Shown: in pieces, positions 16,465 through 25,390 of the stretch
Position numbering within the stretch: the stretch's first letter is position 1
How the letters are laid out: every line of letters starts with the position of its first letter
NCBI GenBank assembly: GCA_017461545.1
Contig: JAFTXP010000022.1
Coordinates: forward strand, 497 to 64,496
Reading direction: 5' to 3'
DNA: 64,000 nucleotides
DNA from: Clostridia bacterium
GTDB lineage: Bacteria > Bacillota > Clostridia > UBA1212
Notes under the pieces: model-generated
Databases searched by the model: none
The model's input: only the letters and a program-made list of their open reading frames with translations
Told to the model about the DNA's origin: nothing
Program-made: the position numbers and the translations under genes

Positions 16465-17186
16465 GAGTAGACAAATTCTTGTCCAATATGGGGTGCGGAT
16501 CAAGAAAAGACATAAAACATTTTGTGAAAATAGGTGCCGTATCGGTAAACGGAAAGCCTTGCAAAGATTCCGGACAGAATGTTGATGAAAATTTCGATAT
16601 AGTGACGCTTTACGGTGATCCGGTCGTATACAAGGAGTTTGTGTACCTTATGATGAATAAACCGCAGGGCGTGATATCCGCTACAGAGGATTTTCGTGGG
16701 GCAACGGTTGCAACGGAACTTGTAGGCGATGACTTTAATTTCTATGATCTGTCGCCTGCAGGAAGGCTTGACATCGACACGGAAGGGTTTCTTTTGCTTA
16801 CGAATGACGGCAAGTTCATTCACGACATAATTACTCCGTCGAGGCATGTGGACAAGGTTTACTACTGCGAAGCTGACGGCGAGATAGAAGATTCTGATTT
16901 TGTTGCTTTCGAAAAAGGTCTGACACTTGCGGACGGTTTTAAATGTATGCCGGCAAAGCTCGAACTTATCGAAAATCTTGACGGAAAGTGCAGGGCAAAG
17001 GTTACAATCTGTGAGGGCAAATTTCATCAGGTAAAGCGAATGTTTCTTGCAAGGGGGAAAGAAATAACTTATTTAAAGCGAATTTCAATCGGCGGTGTTG
17101 CGCTTGACGAAGAACTTGAGCCGGGCGCATACCGTGAGTTTACCGAGGACGAATTAAATATTTTAAAAAGGAAAAATGACTTATGA
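16461..17186 (+). CDS. rsuA: pseudouridine synthase, RsuA/RluB family with S4 domain
   Basis: MRVDKFLSNMGCGSRKD (S4), GRLDIDTEGFLLLTNDG, HQVKRMF. Confidence 0.8.
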   Translation: MRVDKFLSNMGCGSRKDIKHFVKIGAVSVNGKPCKDSGQNVDENFDIVTLYGDPVVYKEFVYLMMNKPQGVISATEDFRGATVATELVGDDFNFYDLSPAGRLDIDTEGFLLLTNDGKFIHDIITPSRHVDKVYYCEADGEIEDSDFVAFEKGLTLADGFKCMPAKLELIENLDGKCRAKVTICEGKFHQVKRMFLARGKEITYLKRISIGGVALDEELEPGAYREFTEDELNILKRKNDL

Positions 17187-18346
17187 ACAAGAAAAACATT
17201 GATAAAGTATCACTTTTTTTGTACGGAATCTGCGGAAGACTTTCCGAAAGCATCGAATATTTTGATTGCATTGACGTATCGTTCAATGCAGGTATGAAGA
17301 AATTCACTTTGAAAGCAGTTTTGCAGGGCGAAAAGCTTGAATTTATATACAACGGCGAGCGATATTCACTGGACGGAAACGGTTTTTTGGCTTTTATCTG
17401 CAAAGAACTCGAAAACTACGACGGTATGACACTCGAATACATCGAACGCGGCAAGATTATCACGATAACCGCCGACGCAAAGGGTGTTACATCAAATACA
17501 AAGAATCAGGCCGTAAAGGAAGAAAATTCAAAAGTTGCGGCAAGTCACACAGGCACTTCTTCAATGCTGAACCGTGAATATTATATCAAACCGAATGAGG
17601 CGTCGGAACTTCTTAAAGTTATCGGAATTATGGGTCAAAACGGCAAAGTAAAGAATGATAAAATCCGTAAATACAACCAGATCGACCACTTTATAGAGCT
17701 TATCCACCCGCTTTTGGTGTCGCTCTGTCAAAATAAGCGTCCGATAAATATCATCGACTGTGCTTGCGGAAAATCGTATCTGTCATTCGTTTTGAACTAT
17801 TACATAAAAGAAGTTCTCGGTCACAAGTGCTCGTTTACCGGACTTGATTACAACAGCATCGTCATTGCAGATTCAAAGGCTATGGCGCAGGAGCTTCGAT
17901 ACAACAATATGGAATTTATTGAGACAGACATCATGAAATACACTCCCGACAAGCAGTATGATTTGCTTCTGACTTTGCACGCATGTGATGTTGCAACTGA
18001 CTACGCATTGAACTTTGCAATGAATAATAAAGTGAAATCTATTGTGTGTGTTCCTTGCTGTCACCGTGAAATGAATTCGCAGTACAATTTGAGCGGTTTT
18101 GAGTCGGTAATGAAACACGGTGTTTTGAAGTCAAGAATTGCGGCATGTCTCACGGATGGTATGCGTGCGATGTATCTCGAATCACAAGGCTACGATGTTT
18201 CGGTGGTGGAATACGTTTCACCGCTTGATACTCCGAAGAATATAATGATAAAAGCGGAGAAGAAGTCAGGCGAGAATATGGACAAGGTAATGGATTTTTA
18301 CAATCTGTGCGGAGAGATCGGTGTGGAGCTGTCTATAGGGAAGTAA
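17183..18346 (+). CDS. class I SAM-dependent methyltransferase
   Basis: IIDCACGKSYLS motif. Translationally coupled to rsuA (ATGA overlap). Confidence 0.65.
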   Translation: MNKKNIDKVSLFLYGICGRLSESIEYFDCIDVSFNAGMKKFTLKAVLQGEKLEFIYNGERYSLDGNGFLAFICKELENYDGMTLEYIERGKIITITADAKGVTSNTKNQAVKEENSKVAASHTGTSSMLNREYYIKPNEASELLKVIGIMGQNGKVKNDKIRKYNQIDHFIELIHPLLVSLCQNKRPINIIDCACGKSYLSFVLNYYIKEVLGHKCSFTGLDYNSIVIADSKAMAQELRYNNMEFIETDIMKYTPDKQYDLLLTLHACDVATDYALNFAMNNKVKSIVCVPCCHREMNSQYNLSGFESVMKHGVLKSRIAACLTDGMRAMYLESQGYDVSVVEYVSPLDTPKNIMIKAEKKSGENMDKVMDFYNLCGEIGVELSIGK

Positions 18347-18401
18347 AAAAAGAGTAGTTTAAATTTTATGAAGAAAATAAAATTTAAACTACTCTTTTTT
18401 T
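18345..18401 (+). terminator. 23-bp perfect hairpin terminator
   Basis: aaaaaaagagtagtttaaatttt (18345-67) pairs with aaaatttaaactactcttttttt (18379-401). Confidence 0.65.
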
Positions 18402-18442
18402 ACTTTTAGGGGGTTAGCGGTTTAGGGATAGGGTAAATTTTA
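18366..18442 (+). repeat. intergenic direct repeat, copy 1 (77 nt)
   Basis: ttatgaagaaaataaaatttaaactactctttttttacttttagggggttagcggtttagggatagggtaaatttta. Confidence 0.8.
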
Positions 18443-18483
18443 TTTTTAGCAAGGCAGTAGCGATTATAATATTTGGTAAATTC

Positions 18484-18562
18484 TTATGAGGAAAATAAAT
18501 TTGACATCACTCTTTTTTTACTTTTAGGGGGTTTTGGCGGTTTAAGGATAGGGTAAAATTTA
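18484..18562 (+). repeat. intergenic direct repeat, copy 2 (79 nt)
   Basis: ttatgaggaaaataaatttgacatcactctttttttacttttagggggttttggcggtttaaggatagggtaaaattta. The period between copies is 118 nt. Confidence 0.8.
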
Positions 18563-18620
18563 CCGTTATGTTTTTACTGTTAGTTGATTTCGGTGGTTTT
18601 GGTTGATATAATCGCAGAAG

Positions 18621-19808
18621 GTGAAAATTATGATTGCAAAAGTTACTCAGACACAAGCAAATGGTAAAAATTGTTTTGAAATTTCAACTTCAACCGGTGT
18701 ACTATTTTATGCGCAGACATCTTGGATGAATATAAATTTGCCTTTTGATGCTCAAAATATCAGAGAGCTTGTATTTACCGATTGTAACGGTGAAGTTGTA
18801 TATACCACATCGTATTCAGTTATTGAAAACACCCTTGAAAGGGCTTTGCCGTTTAAATATCTTTATGCCGGTGAACAGCGTTTCGGTCAGTATTCTGTTA
18901 TCGGAAAAAACGGGATAGAAGGATCGTTTTACAGCAGACAAGACGGATTTTTTGACAAAAAATACTGTATTGAAAAGAACGGACGGTTTGTTTTAGGTTA
19001 TTCGATTTCAAAAGGAAGTTTTGAAGCTATAAGCTTTTATGAAGGTGGACGCCAGATAGCCCAAATTACAAAACCTTTAAATGTGGAGGATAATCTTGAC
19101 GTATATTTTATTCATCTTTCTGCGGACAGAGATGAATTGTTTCCGATAATAGCCTTTTTTTGCGTGTATTTTGATTATCAAAAATATAATCGTGCAGGTG
19201 AAATTGTTGCAAAAAAGACAGAAGTAAATTTAAGATATACACTTGATAAAAATAATAAATTCTACAACCCTGACTGGATAAAGAATGAATTCGGTAAGGC
19301 TGAAGCTGACAGATTTAAGTCAGAATTAAAGGCTCATAATCAAAGAGTGTCGAATAAGTTTAGAAAAAAGTTGAAAATTTTTGCAATAGTATATTTTTCG
19401 TTGCTTGCTTTTTTTCTTCTTCTTTTCGGGATTTTGTGTATATGGTTCTTTCAGCCTAAAACTCCTGTTGATGCTGCCGAATTTACAGACAGATTGGAGA
19501 GTTTAGGTTATCAGGTAGAAAGTTACAGCGAAGATACGCTTCGTGCTTATAATAAAAATTTTGAATTGTTTTTTCACATATCCGATACGGAAGAAGAGGC
19601 GGAAGAACTATATAACAGTATAAAAGAGGATTTTGAAGACAAAAAGACCGAAAAATGTTCATATTCTTCGTGGCCGGACAGTTATCAGCTGAAAACAAAC
19701 AACGCTTTTTATCTTGTCTGCTGTGTGGAGAATACTTTGCTTATAGCGGAAGTTCCGGCAGAGTATGCCGATGAAGTTAAAGATATCCGTGATGCAATAG
19801 AATATTAG
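18621..19808 (+). CDS. hypothetical single-pass membrane protein
   Basis: 395-aa ORF (alternative ATG at 18630). Central TM IFAIVYFSLLAFFLLLFGILCIWFF. No motif recognised. Confidence 0.55.
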   Translation: MKIMIAKVTQTQANGKNCFEISTSTGVLFYAQTSWMNINLPFDAQNIRELVFTDCNGEVVYTTSYSVIENTLERALPFKYLYAGEQRFGQYSVIGKNGIEGSFYSRQDGFFDKKYCIEKNGRFVLGYSISKGSFEAISFYEGGRQIAQITKPLNVEDNLDVYFIHLSADRDELFPIIAFFCVYFDYQKYNRAGEIVAKKTEVNLRYTLDKNNKFYNPDWIKNEFGKAEADRFKSELKAHNQRVSNKFRKKLKIFAIVYFSLLAFFLLLFGILCIWFFQPKTPVDAAEFTDRLESLGYQVESYSEDTLRAYNKNFELFFHISDTEEEAEELYNSIKEDFEDKKTEKCSYSSWPDSYQLKTNNAFYLVCCVENTLLIAEVPAEYADEVKDIRDAIEY

Positions 19809-19848
19809 TTGAGCTAATCATATAAGTCAAATTTGTTTTGATATCAAC

Positions 19849-19887
19849 AAACCACACCCTTCTGTTTGAAAATAAAGGGTGTGGTTT
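19849..19887. terminator. bidirectional terminator
   Basis: aaaccacaccctt / aagggtgtggttt form a 13-bp stem, followed by a T-run on the plus strand. Confidence 0.6.
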
Positions 19888-19906
19888 TACTTTATTGTGA
19901 AATTCG

Positions 19907-20155
19907 TCAACTGTTCTGCTGTTCAATTTCCCATAACTCGTTTATGGATTTAAAATTATAGGGGAACCCAAAAACTGATGTTTTTTTGTAATACTCAAAA
20001 CCTTCCGATACGCTGCCTTCCAGCCTGTTCCATCTTATGATTTTATATGTTGCTGCAGAGCAATACCATGGTACCGCCATCATTTAAAGTGGTAGAAATC
20101 GAACAAACAACAGTAAAAGTAGTACTGTTAAAATTATGATAGTTCGTTTTTTCAT
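19907..20155 (-). pseudogene. 82-codon reading frame interrupted by one in-frame TAA (23-aa hydrophobic peptide + 58-aa ORF)
   Basis: AGAGGA RBS and ATG 20155. MKKRTIIILTVLLLLLFVRFLPL, then TAA (20086-84), then ATG 20083 MMAVPWYCSAATYKIIRWNRLEG...WEIEQQNS, then TGA 19909-07. Both parts fall below the ORF-track cutoff. Confidence 0.3.
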
Positions 20156-20251
20156 AATTTATCCTCTTTTAGTCAAATATCTTTTTTGCATTCTTTGTGT
20201 ACTAATGTTCCTTAGTTGTAATTTTGCCAGAATTTTGCAATATTATAAAAA

Positions 20252-20282
20252 GGCACAAAACTAATTATACAAGTTTTGTGCC
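20252..20282 (-). terminator. cysS terminator
   Basis: ggcacaaaac / gttttgtgcc form a 10-bp stem, with a T-run on the minus strand. Confidence 0.65.
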
Positions 20283-20293
20283 AATAAATAGAT

Positions 20294-21751
20294 TTATTCA
20301 ACTGTCTTAAACTCAATATCCCAAGTTGTTCCGAGGGAGCTGTCCATGATGATGATTCCTTTTGCGGAAAGTCTTTCGCGGATGGCATCTGCCTCTGCAT
20401 AGTTCTTCTCGGATTTTGCAGAGGCGCGGAGCGCGATTTCAGTCTCGATTTCGTCTTTTGTGATGCCGATAGCCTTGATATACTTATCTTTCATTGCTTC
20501 GACAAATTCAGCCGGGTTTTGCTCGAAAAGACCGAGAACTTCTCCGTGACGGCGAACTGCTTTTACGAGTTTTGCAATCTTCTTTGCATTTTCTTCGCGG
20601 ACATTCTTTTTGCACTTCAAAAGGCTGTTGCCGTACTTAAAGAGCGGGAAGAGCTCTGCCAAGACTGCAGAGGTATTGAAGTTGTCGTCCATGCTGTTTA
20701 CGAACTTTTCTTCGATAGAATCAATGATTTCATCAGGTGCACTGTCATCGGCGCTGAAACCTTCCGCAAACGCATCCATGTTGAGAAGCGAACTGTAGAA
20801 ATAGTACATATGCTTTTCTGCAATCGTGAATGTGTTGTTGTTTATATCAAGGTTTGAAGAGTAGTGGTTTGAGAGCATTACGTATCTGATAACATCAGAG
20901 TTGTAAAGCGCAAGTGCTTCGCGGATAGTCATGGAGTTTCCAAGAGATTTACTCATCTTCTGACCGTTTACGGTGATAAGTCCGTTGTGAATCCAGTATC
21001 TCGCAAAAGGCTTGCCGGTAAGAGCTTCGCTCTGTGCTATTTCGTTTTCGTGGTGGGGGAATATAAGATCTCTTCCGCCGCCGTGAATGTCAAATGTTTC
21101 GCCGAGTGTATCAATACTCATCGCGGAGCACTCAATGTGCCAACCGGGACGGCCTGCACCCCATGGAGATTCCCATGAGATTTCGCCGGGTTTAGCAGAT
21201 TTCCAGAGAGCAAAATCCAAATCGTTTCTCTTTCCGGGAGCAATCTCTTTTCTGACGCCTTTTCTTAAGTCCTCAACGGTCTTGTTTGAGAGCTTTCCGT
21301 AATCTTTGAAACTCAACACGTCAAAGAAAACATCGCCGTTTTCGGTCGGATATGCGTGTCCTTTTTTGATAAGTCCGTCAACAAATGCAATGATTTTATC
21401 AATATATTCTGTCGCTTTCGGTTTCTTGTCGGCATCGCGGACGCCGATAGCATGCAAATCTTCTTCAGCTTCGGCAATTTTTCTCTTTGAATATTCAATG
21501 GCATTTACGCCTTCGCTGTTAGCTCGGGCTATGATCTTATCATCTACGTCTGTGTAGTTTCTTACATAAGTAACGTCATAACCTTTGTAACGGAGATATC
21601 GGCTGATAACATCGTATACTATAGCCTGAAGAGCATGGCCAATATGGCACGCGTCATATACGGTGATACCGCAGGCGTACATATTTACTTTTCCTTCGTT
21701 AAGAGGTATAAACTCTTCTTTTTTACCAGTAAGTGAGTTGTATATTTTCAT
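20294..21751 (-). CDS. cysS: cysteine--tRNA ligase
   Basis: CHIGHAL (HIGH) and KMSKS motifs. N-terminus [14 protein letters not shown]. Confidence 0.95.
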   Translation of the reverse strand: MKIYNSLTGKKEEFIPLNEGKVNMYACGITVYDACHIGHALQAIVYDVISRYLRYKGYDVTYVRNYTDVDDKIIARANSEGVNAIEYSKRKIAEAEEDLHAIGVRDADKKPKATEYIDKIIAFVDGLIKKGHAYPTENGDVFFDVLSFKDYGKLSNKTVEDLRKGVRKEIAPGKRNDLDFALWKSAKPGEISWESPWGAGRPGWHIECSAMSIDTLGETFDIHGGGRDLIFPHHENEIAQSEALTGKPFARYWIHNGLITVNGQKMSKSLGNSMTIREALALYNSDVIRYVMLSNHYSSNLDINNNTFTIAEKHMYYFYSSLLNMDAFAEGFSADDSAPDEIIDSIEEKFVNSMDDNFNTSAVLAELFPLFKYGNSLLKCKKNVREENAKKIAKLVKAVRRHGEVLGLFEQNPAEFVEAMKDKYIKAIGITKDEIETEIALRASAKSEKNYAEADAIRERLSAKGIIIMDSSLGTTWDIEFKTVE

Positions 21752-21769
21752 AATATAACCGTCCTTTTA

Positions 21770-22999
21770 TCAATCAAATATAAAGTGATCCATAAGTCTG
21801 AATCCTATTTCTTTGTAGATACCCGTCGATGCGGCGTAGGCTTCGTCGTATACGGCATTTGCGTCAACAGGCTCGCTGCTTTCGTTTCTGCTGTCGTAAA
21901 TCATATACGGAACAGGTTCGTGTGTATGTGTACGAATAGCAAGCGGAGTGGGGTGATCGGGCATTATAAGAATCTTGAAATCTTCGCCGGAAGCCTTTAA
22001 TGCCTCGTAAATGGGTTTTACAACCTTTGTGTCGATGATCTCTATAGATTTCTTCTTGTTTTCTATCTCATGTCTGTGACCGCACTCGTCGGGTGCTTCC
22101 ATGTGTAGATATACGAAGTCGCCTTTGTTTGTCAGGTAGTCGATAGCAGCCTGTGCTTTTCCGTCAAAGTTTGTCTTTATGTTTCCTGTGACGTCGGGAA
22201 CTTTTATGACTTCCATATCTGCGCAGATACCGAGGCCCATAACAAGGTCAACAGCGGAGATAACCGCGCCTTTGAGGTTGTATTTTTTCTCGAAGTTGCT
22301 GAGACCGGGTTTTCTTCCCTCGCCCCAAGGCCAGATTGAGTTTGCAGTGTTAAGTCCTTTTGCACGGCGGGCTTCGTTTATCGGGTGGTGAAGGAGCAAA
22401 TCGTAGCTTTTCTTCATATAGTCGATAAGGAACTTTCCGTCCTCGCCTGCGGGCATGTAATCTTCTATACATCGTCCTGTGATATCGTGCGGGGGAGTAC
22501 AACCCAAAACGACCTTTCCGGGCATATCGGCTATAATACAATGTCTATAGCTTACTCCGGGATAGAACTTCATTTTAGGACAACCGAGTTTTTCGTTTAT
22601 ATATTCCATGAGAACTTTAGACTCTGCTGTGGAAATCTCATCTGAGCTGTAGTCAACCATTGTTTTCTTTTCGTAAACTTCTTCGTCTTCGGAGAGGTGA
22701 ACTACGTTACATCTGATAGCGAGGTCGTCGTCTTTCATTGTTATGCCCATGCTGACTGCTTCGAGCGGAGAGCGTCCTGTGTAATATACATCCGGGTCGT
22801 ATCCCATAACAGACATATTTGCGATATCGCTTCCGGGCGGTTTGAGATGATCCGGAACAGTCTTTACAAGACCGATTTCGCTTTTTTTAGCCAGTGCGTC
22901 TATCATAGGTTTGTTTGCTGCTGTGAGAGGGGTTTTGTTACCGAGTTCTTCTACCGGGTAGTCTGCCATTCCGTCTCCTAAAATAACTATATATTTCAT
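21770..22999 (-). CDS. apgM: cofactor-independent phosphoglycerate mutase, archaeal-type family
   Basis: MKYIVILGDGMADYPVEELGNKTPL N-terminus and HMEAPDECGH motif. Confidence 0.85.
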   Translation of the reverse strand: MKYIVILGDGMADYPVEELGNKTPLTAANKPMIDALAKKSEIGLVKTVPDHLKPPGSDIANMSVMGYDPDVYYTGRSPLEAVSMGITMKDDDLAIRCNVVHLSEDEEVYEKKTMVDYSSDEISTAESKVLMEYINEKLGCPKMKFYPGVSYRHCIIADMPGKVVLGCTPPHDITGRCIEDYMPAGEDGKFLIDYMKKSYDLLLHHPINEARRAKGLNTANSIWPWGEGRKPGLSNFEKKYNLKGAVISAVDLVMGLGICADMEVIKVPDVTGNIKTNFDGKAQAAIDYLTNKGDFVYLHMEAPDECGHRHEIENKKKSIEIIDTKVVKPIYEALKASGEDFKILIMPDHPTPLAIRTHTHEPVPYMIYDSRNESSEPVDANAVYDEAYAASTGIYKEIGFRLMDHFIFD

Positions 23000-23020
23000 A
23001 AAATTTCCTCCTGTACTATA

Positions 23021-24772
23021 TTATTCTTGTGTATCGGTTTCATTTACTCCGTCAATTTCTCTTTGATGGCTGTCAAGAAGCTGCTGCAAGCTGATACCGT
23101 ATGTTTTTGCAATATCAAGAGCAAAGCTTTTGCCCTGCGGAGGCATCGGAGTGATTTTGTAAGTTCGCTTGGAGCCTGCATATTTCTTTATACCTTCCTC
23201 CGTCATAACTTCCATATCGGAGTCTGAGTCAACTCCTGCAACAAGGCTCATCATATCGCTGAGTCCTTCTTCTTTGTTAAGCTCGGGAATGTCTTCCGCA
23301 AGCTCGTGAATATGTGTCGCAAATATCGCTCTGCTTCCTATTTTTCTGAGATATCTCATTATCTCTGTCGCAATGACAAAACATTCCTGATGGCTTGTAC
23401 TCGAAAGTGACTCATTCATAAGAATAAGGCTGTATTTTGAGAGCTTCGGGAGTATCTGCTCGAGTCTTATACATTCCTCGCCGAGACGTCCTTCGCTTAT
23501 GGAGTTCTTCTCAAGCTCGGGGAAGTGAGTATATACATTGTCACAAGGACTTATGCGCCCTGATGTACCCGATATAGGGAGACCTGCCTGAAACATTATC
23601 TGTGCGAGTCCGACCGCTCTTGTGAACGTCGTTTTACCGCCCTGATTTGCTCCGGTGAGTATACCTATTCTACCTGCTTTGTCGTCCATGTCAACATCAT
23701 TTGTTACAACAACCTTGTCAAGAGTCGTAAGGCCTGTGTCATATATAAGCCTGATGACGAAACTTACGTCATAGATATCTTTAACATTAAAAACTCTTTC
23801 CTCTGCCGGTGCAGGTTCGGGGAAACATGTCGGAAGACCTGCATCACGAAGCATCGCAACAAGATGGCTGCCGCCCGTGTAGTAATATATCTCCGGCATC
23901 AGTTCAAACAAAAACGATGCGTTTATTTTCTCAAACTTCTGCAATGTATTTGAGAGATGCTTAAATGTGTCTGCCATTACATTTGATAAGTCTCTCATAA
24001 TCGCAGCGTCAAGTGACCCTGCGGCGTTGTCCTTGAGAATGGAGTAGAATGTACCCATGCCGAAGTATGTCTCATCATTTTTAGAAGTTCCGAAAATAGA
24101 GGAGAGCACTGATTTCTTTTTAAAAGGCTTTTCGTCAATCGAAAGGAGCACCGCTTCGGTAGGTCTGAGCTCGTTGTCGAGATTTATACCGAGAGTTACA
24201 CTCGATGCAGACTGGAGTCTTGCGCTGAGCTGCGGAATCACTTTGAGAAGTTCGTCATAAGCAGGGTCGTTTACGATACCGTTTAAAAGTGCCTGCAAAT
24301 TCTGTATGCCCTCTGACTCAAACTTTCTGCCTGTCTGACAAAAAAGTTTATGAAGAATGGATACACATTTTACGTAAACTTTGAGAAGTTCTATTCGCCA
24401 CGCGGACTTACGAGCCTCGTCGTCATGAGAAATATTTGTCTTCTCCATACGCTGAAGCTGGAGAACTTCGGGAAGCAACTCCGTGTTACAAACCGTTTCG
24501 ATTTCGGGGTAACGTATGAAGTCTTTCATAATATCCTGACGGTACTTTATAACTTTCTCGTCAAATACCATGTCCATCAATCTGTCACTGATATATTTTT
24601 TATATTCATTTCTTATCTGCATACCTTCGGTAATCATATTCTCATTCATATCTCTCTGGAGAATATCCTGATTGTAAAGATGTATGCTGTTATGTTTGGT
24701 TTTGTATTCGTGCTCTCTGCCTTTTTCATAATCTGTCCAAAGCAAGCTGAAAGTATATTTTTTGTCTATCAT
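23021..24772 (-). CDS. MutS-family ATPase paralog (domain V only; no mismatch-binding or Smr domain recognised)
   Basis: GANQGGKTTFTRAVGLAQIMFQAGLPI (Walker A), LILMNESLSSTS and ATHIHELA motifs. Confidence 0.75.
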   Translation of the reverse strand: MIDKKYTFSLLWTDYEKGREHEYKTKHNSIHLYNQDILQRDMNENMITEGMQIRNEYKKYISDRLMDMVFDEKVIKYRQDIMKDFIRYPEIETVCNTELLPEVLQLQRMEKTNISHDDEARKSAWRIELLKVYVKCVSILHKLFCQTGRKFESEGIQNLQALLNGIVNDPAYDELLKVIPQLSARLQSASSVTLGINLDNELRPTEAVLLSIDEKPFKKKSVLSSIFGTSKNDETYFGMGTFYSILKDNAAGSLDAAIMRDLSNVMADTFKHLSNTLQKFEKINASFLFELMPEIYYYTGGSHLVAMLRDAGLPTCFPEPAPAEERVFNVKDIYDVSFVIRLIYDTGLTTLDKVVVTNDVDMDDKAGRIGILTGANQGGKTTFTRAVGLAQIMFQAGLPISGTSGRISPCDNVYTHFPELEKNSISEGRLGEECIRLEQILPKLSKYSLILMNESLSSTSHQECFVIATEIMRYLRKIGSRAIFATHIHELAEDIPELNKEEGLSDMMSLVAGVDSDSDMEVMTEEGIKKYAGSKRTYKITPMPPQGKSFALDIAKTYGISLQQLLDSHQREIDGVNETDTQE

Positions 24773-24878
24773 AAAGAGTCACTTCCTTATAAAAAACATA
24801 TATAATAATTTTAACATAAAACGGTAGGAATTCCAATATATTTTCAGTGTTTTACCGCATGTAAAATAGTAAATGAAT

Positions 24879-24916
24879 AAAAAAGCTGTACTTCGTTTAT
24901 GAAGTACAGCTTTTTT
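24879..24916. terminator. bidirectional terminator
   Basis: aaaaaagctgtacttc / gaagtacagctttttt form a 16-bp stem. Confidence 0.65.
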
Positions 24917-24937
24917 ATTCATTCAATATAATTGATA

Positions 24938-25390
24938 TTATCCATCAACCTCTACAATACCGTTTGCTTTGACGGTGATTTTCATACCGTCTTTGACATA
25001 ATTTAAGAATTCGTCTCCGAGCGAGTCTATGACGGGCATTGAAACATTGTCCACCCATACATCTGCTAAAACCGCACCGGCTGCTGCTAAAGAGTCAACG
25101 TGGTTTGAGAACAGCATACATGCAGGATTTTTCTCCATAGCGCATGCACAATAAAGTACAAGTCCTCCTGTTGTGGAGCCTATCGTCTGGGGAAGACAGA
25201 GTGCCTTTCCGATGAGCGGTTTTCCGTGGAGTTCTTCGTTGTTCTGGTCGCCGCATTTCACTTCTTTATCACCGAACTGCAATGCCATTTGAAAAGATGC
25301 AAGCGTGTTAAATCCTTGTGTTGTAACAACTGCCTCTGCTGTTACCTCTCCGGGAGTAATTATTCTTCCTTGAAACTGTTTCATAGTCAT
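24938..25390 (-). CDS. aconitase X swivel-domain (small) subunit, DUF126
   Basis: GRIITPGEVTAEAVV...LHGKPLIGKALCLPQTIGSTTGG. Has an ATGA overlap with the large subunit gene. Confidence 0.8.
   Translation of the reverse strand: MTMKQFQGRIITPGEVTAEAVVTTQGFNTLASFQMALQFGDKEVKCGDQNNEELHGKPLIGKALCLPQTIGSTTGGLVLYCACAMEKNPACMLFSNHVDSLAAAGAVLADVWVDNVSMPVIDSLGDEFLNYVKDGMKITVKANGIVEVDG

Noticed and set aside
18409-18433. G-quadruplex in the repeat element (GGGGG..GG..GGG..GGG, TTAGGG-like)
   Set aside because: The second copy has weaker G-runs (aagga instead of aggga), so G4 potential is not conserved. It has only two or three usable tracts of 3 or more G.
18345-18562. CRISPR-like array
   Set aside because: There are only two copies, the spacing is not spacer-like, and there are no cas genes. 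Nothing else in the window is CRISPR-like.
21752-21769. T-box leader upstream of cysS
   Set aside because: Only 18 nt separate cysS from apgM, so there is no room for a leader.
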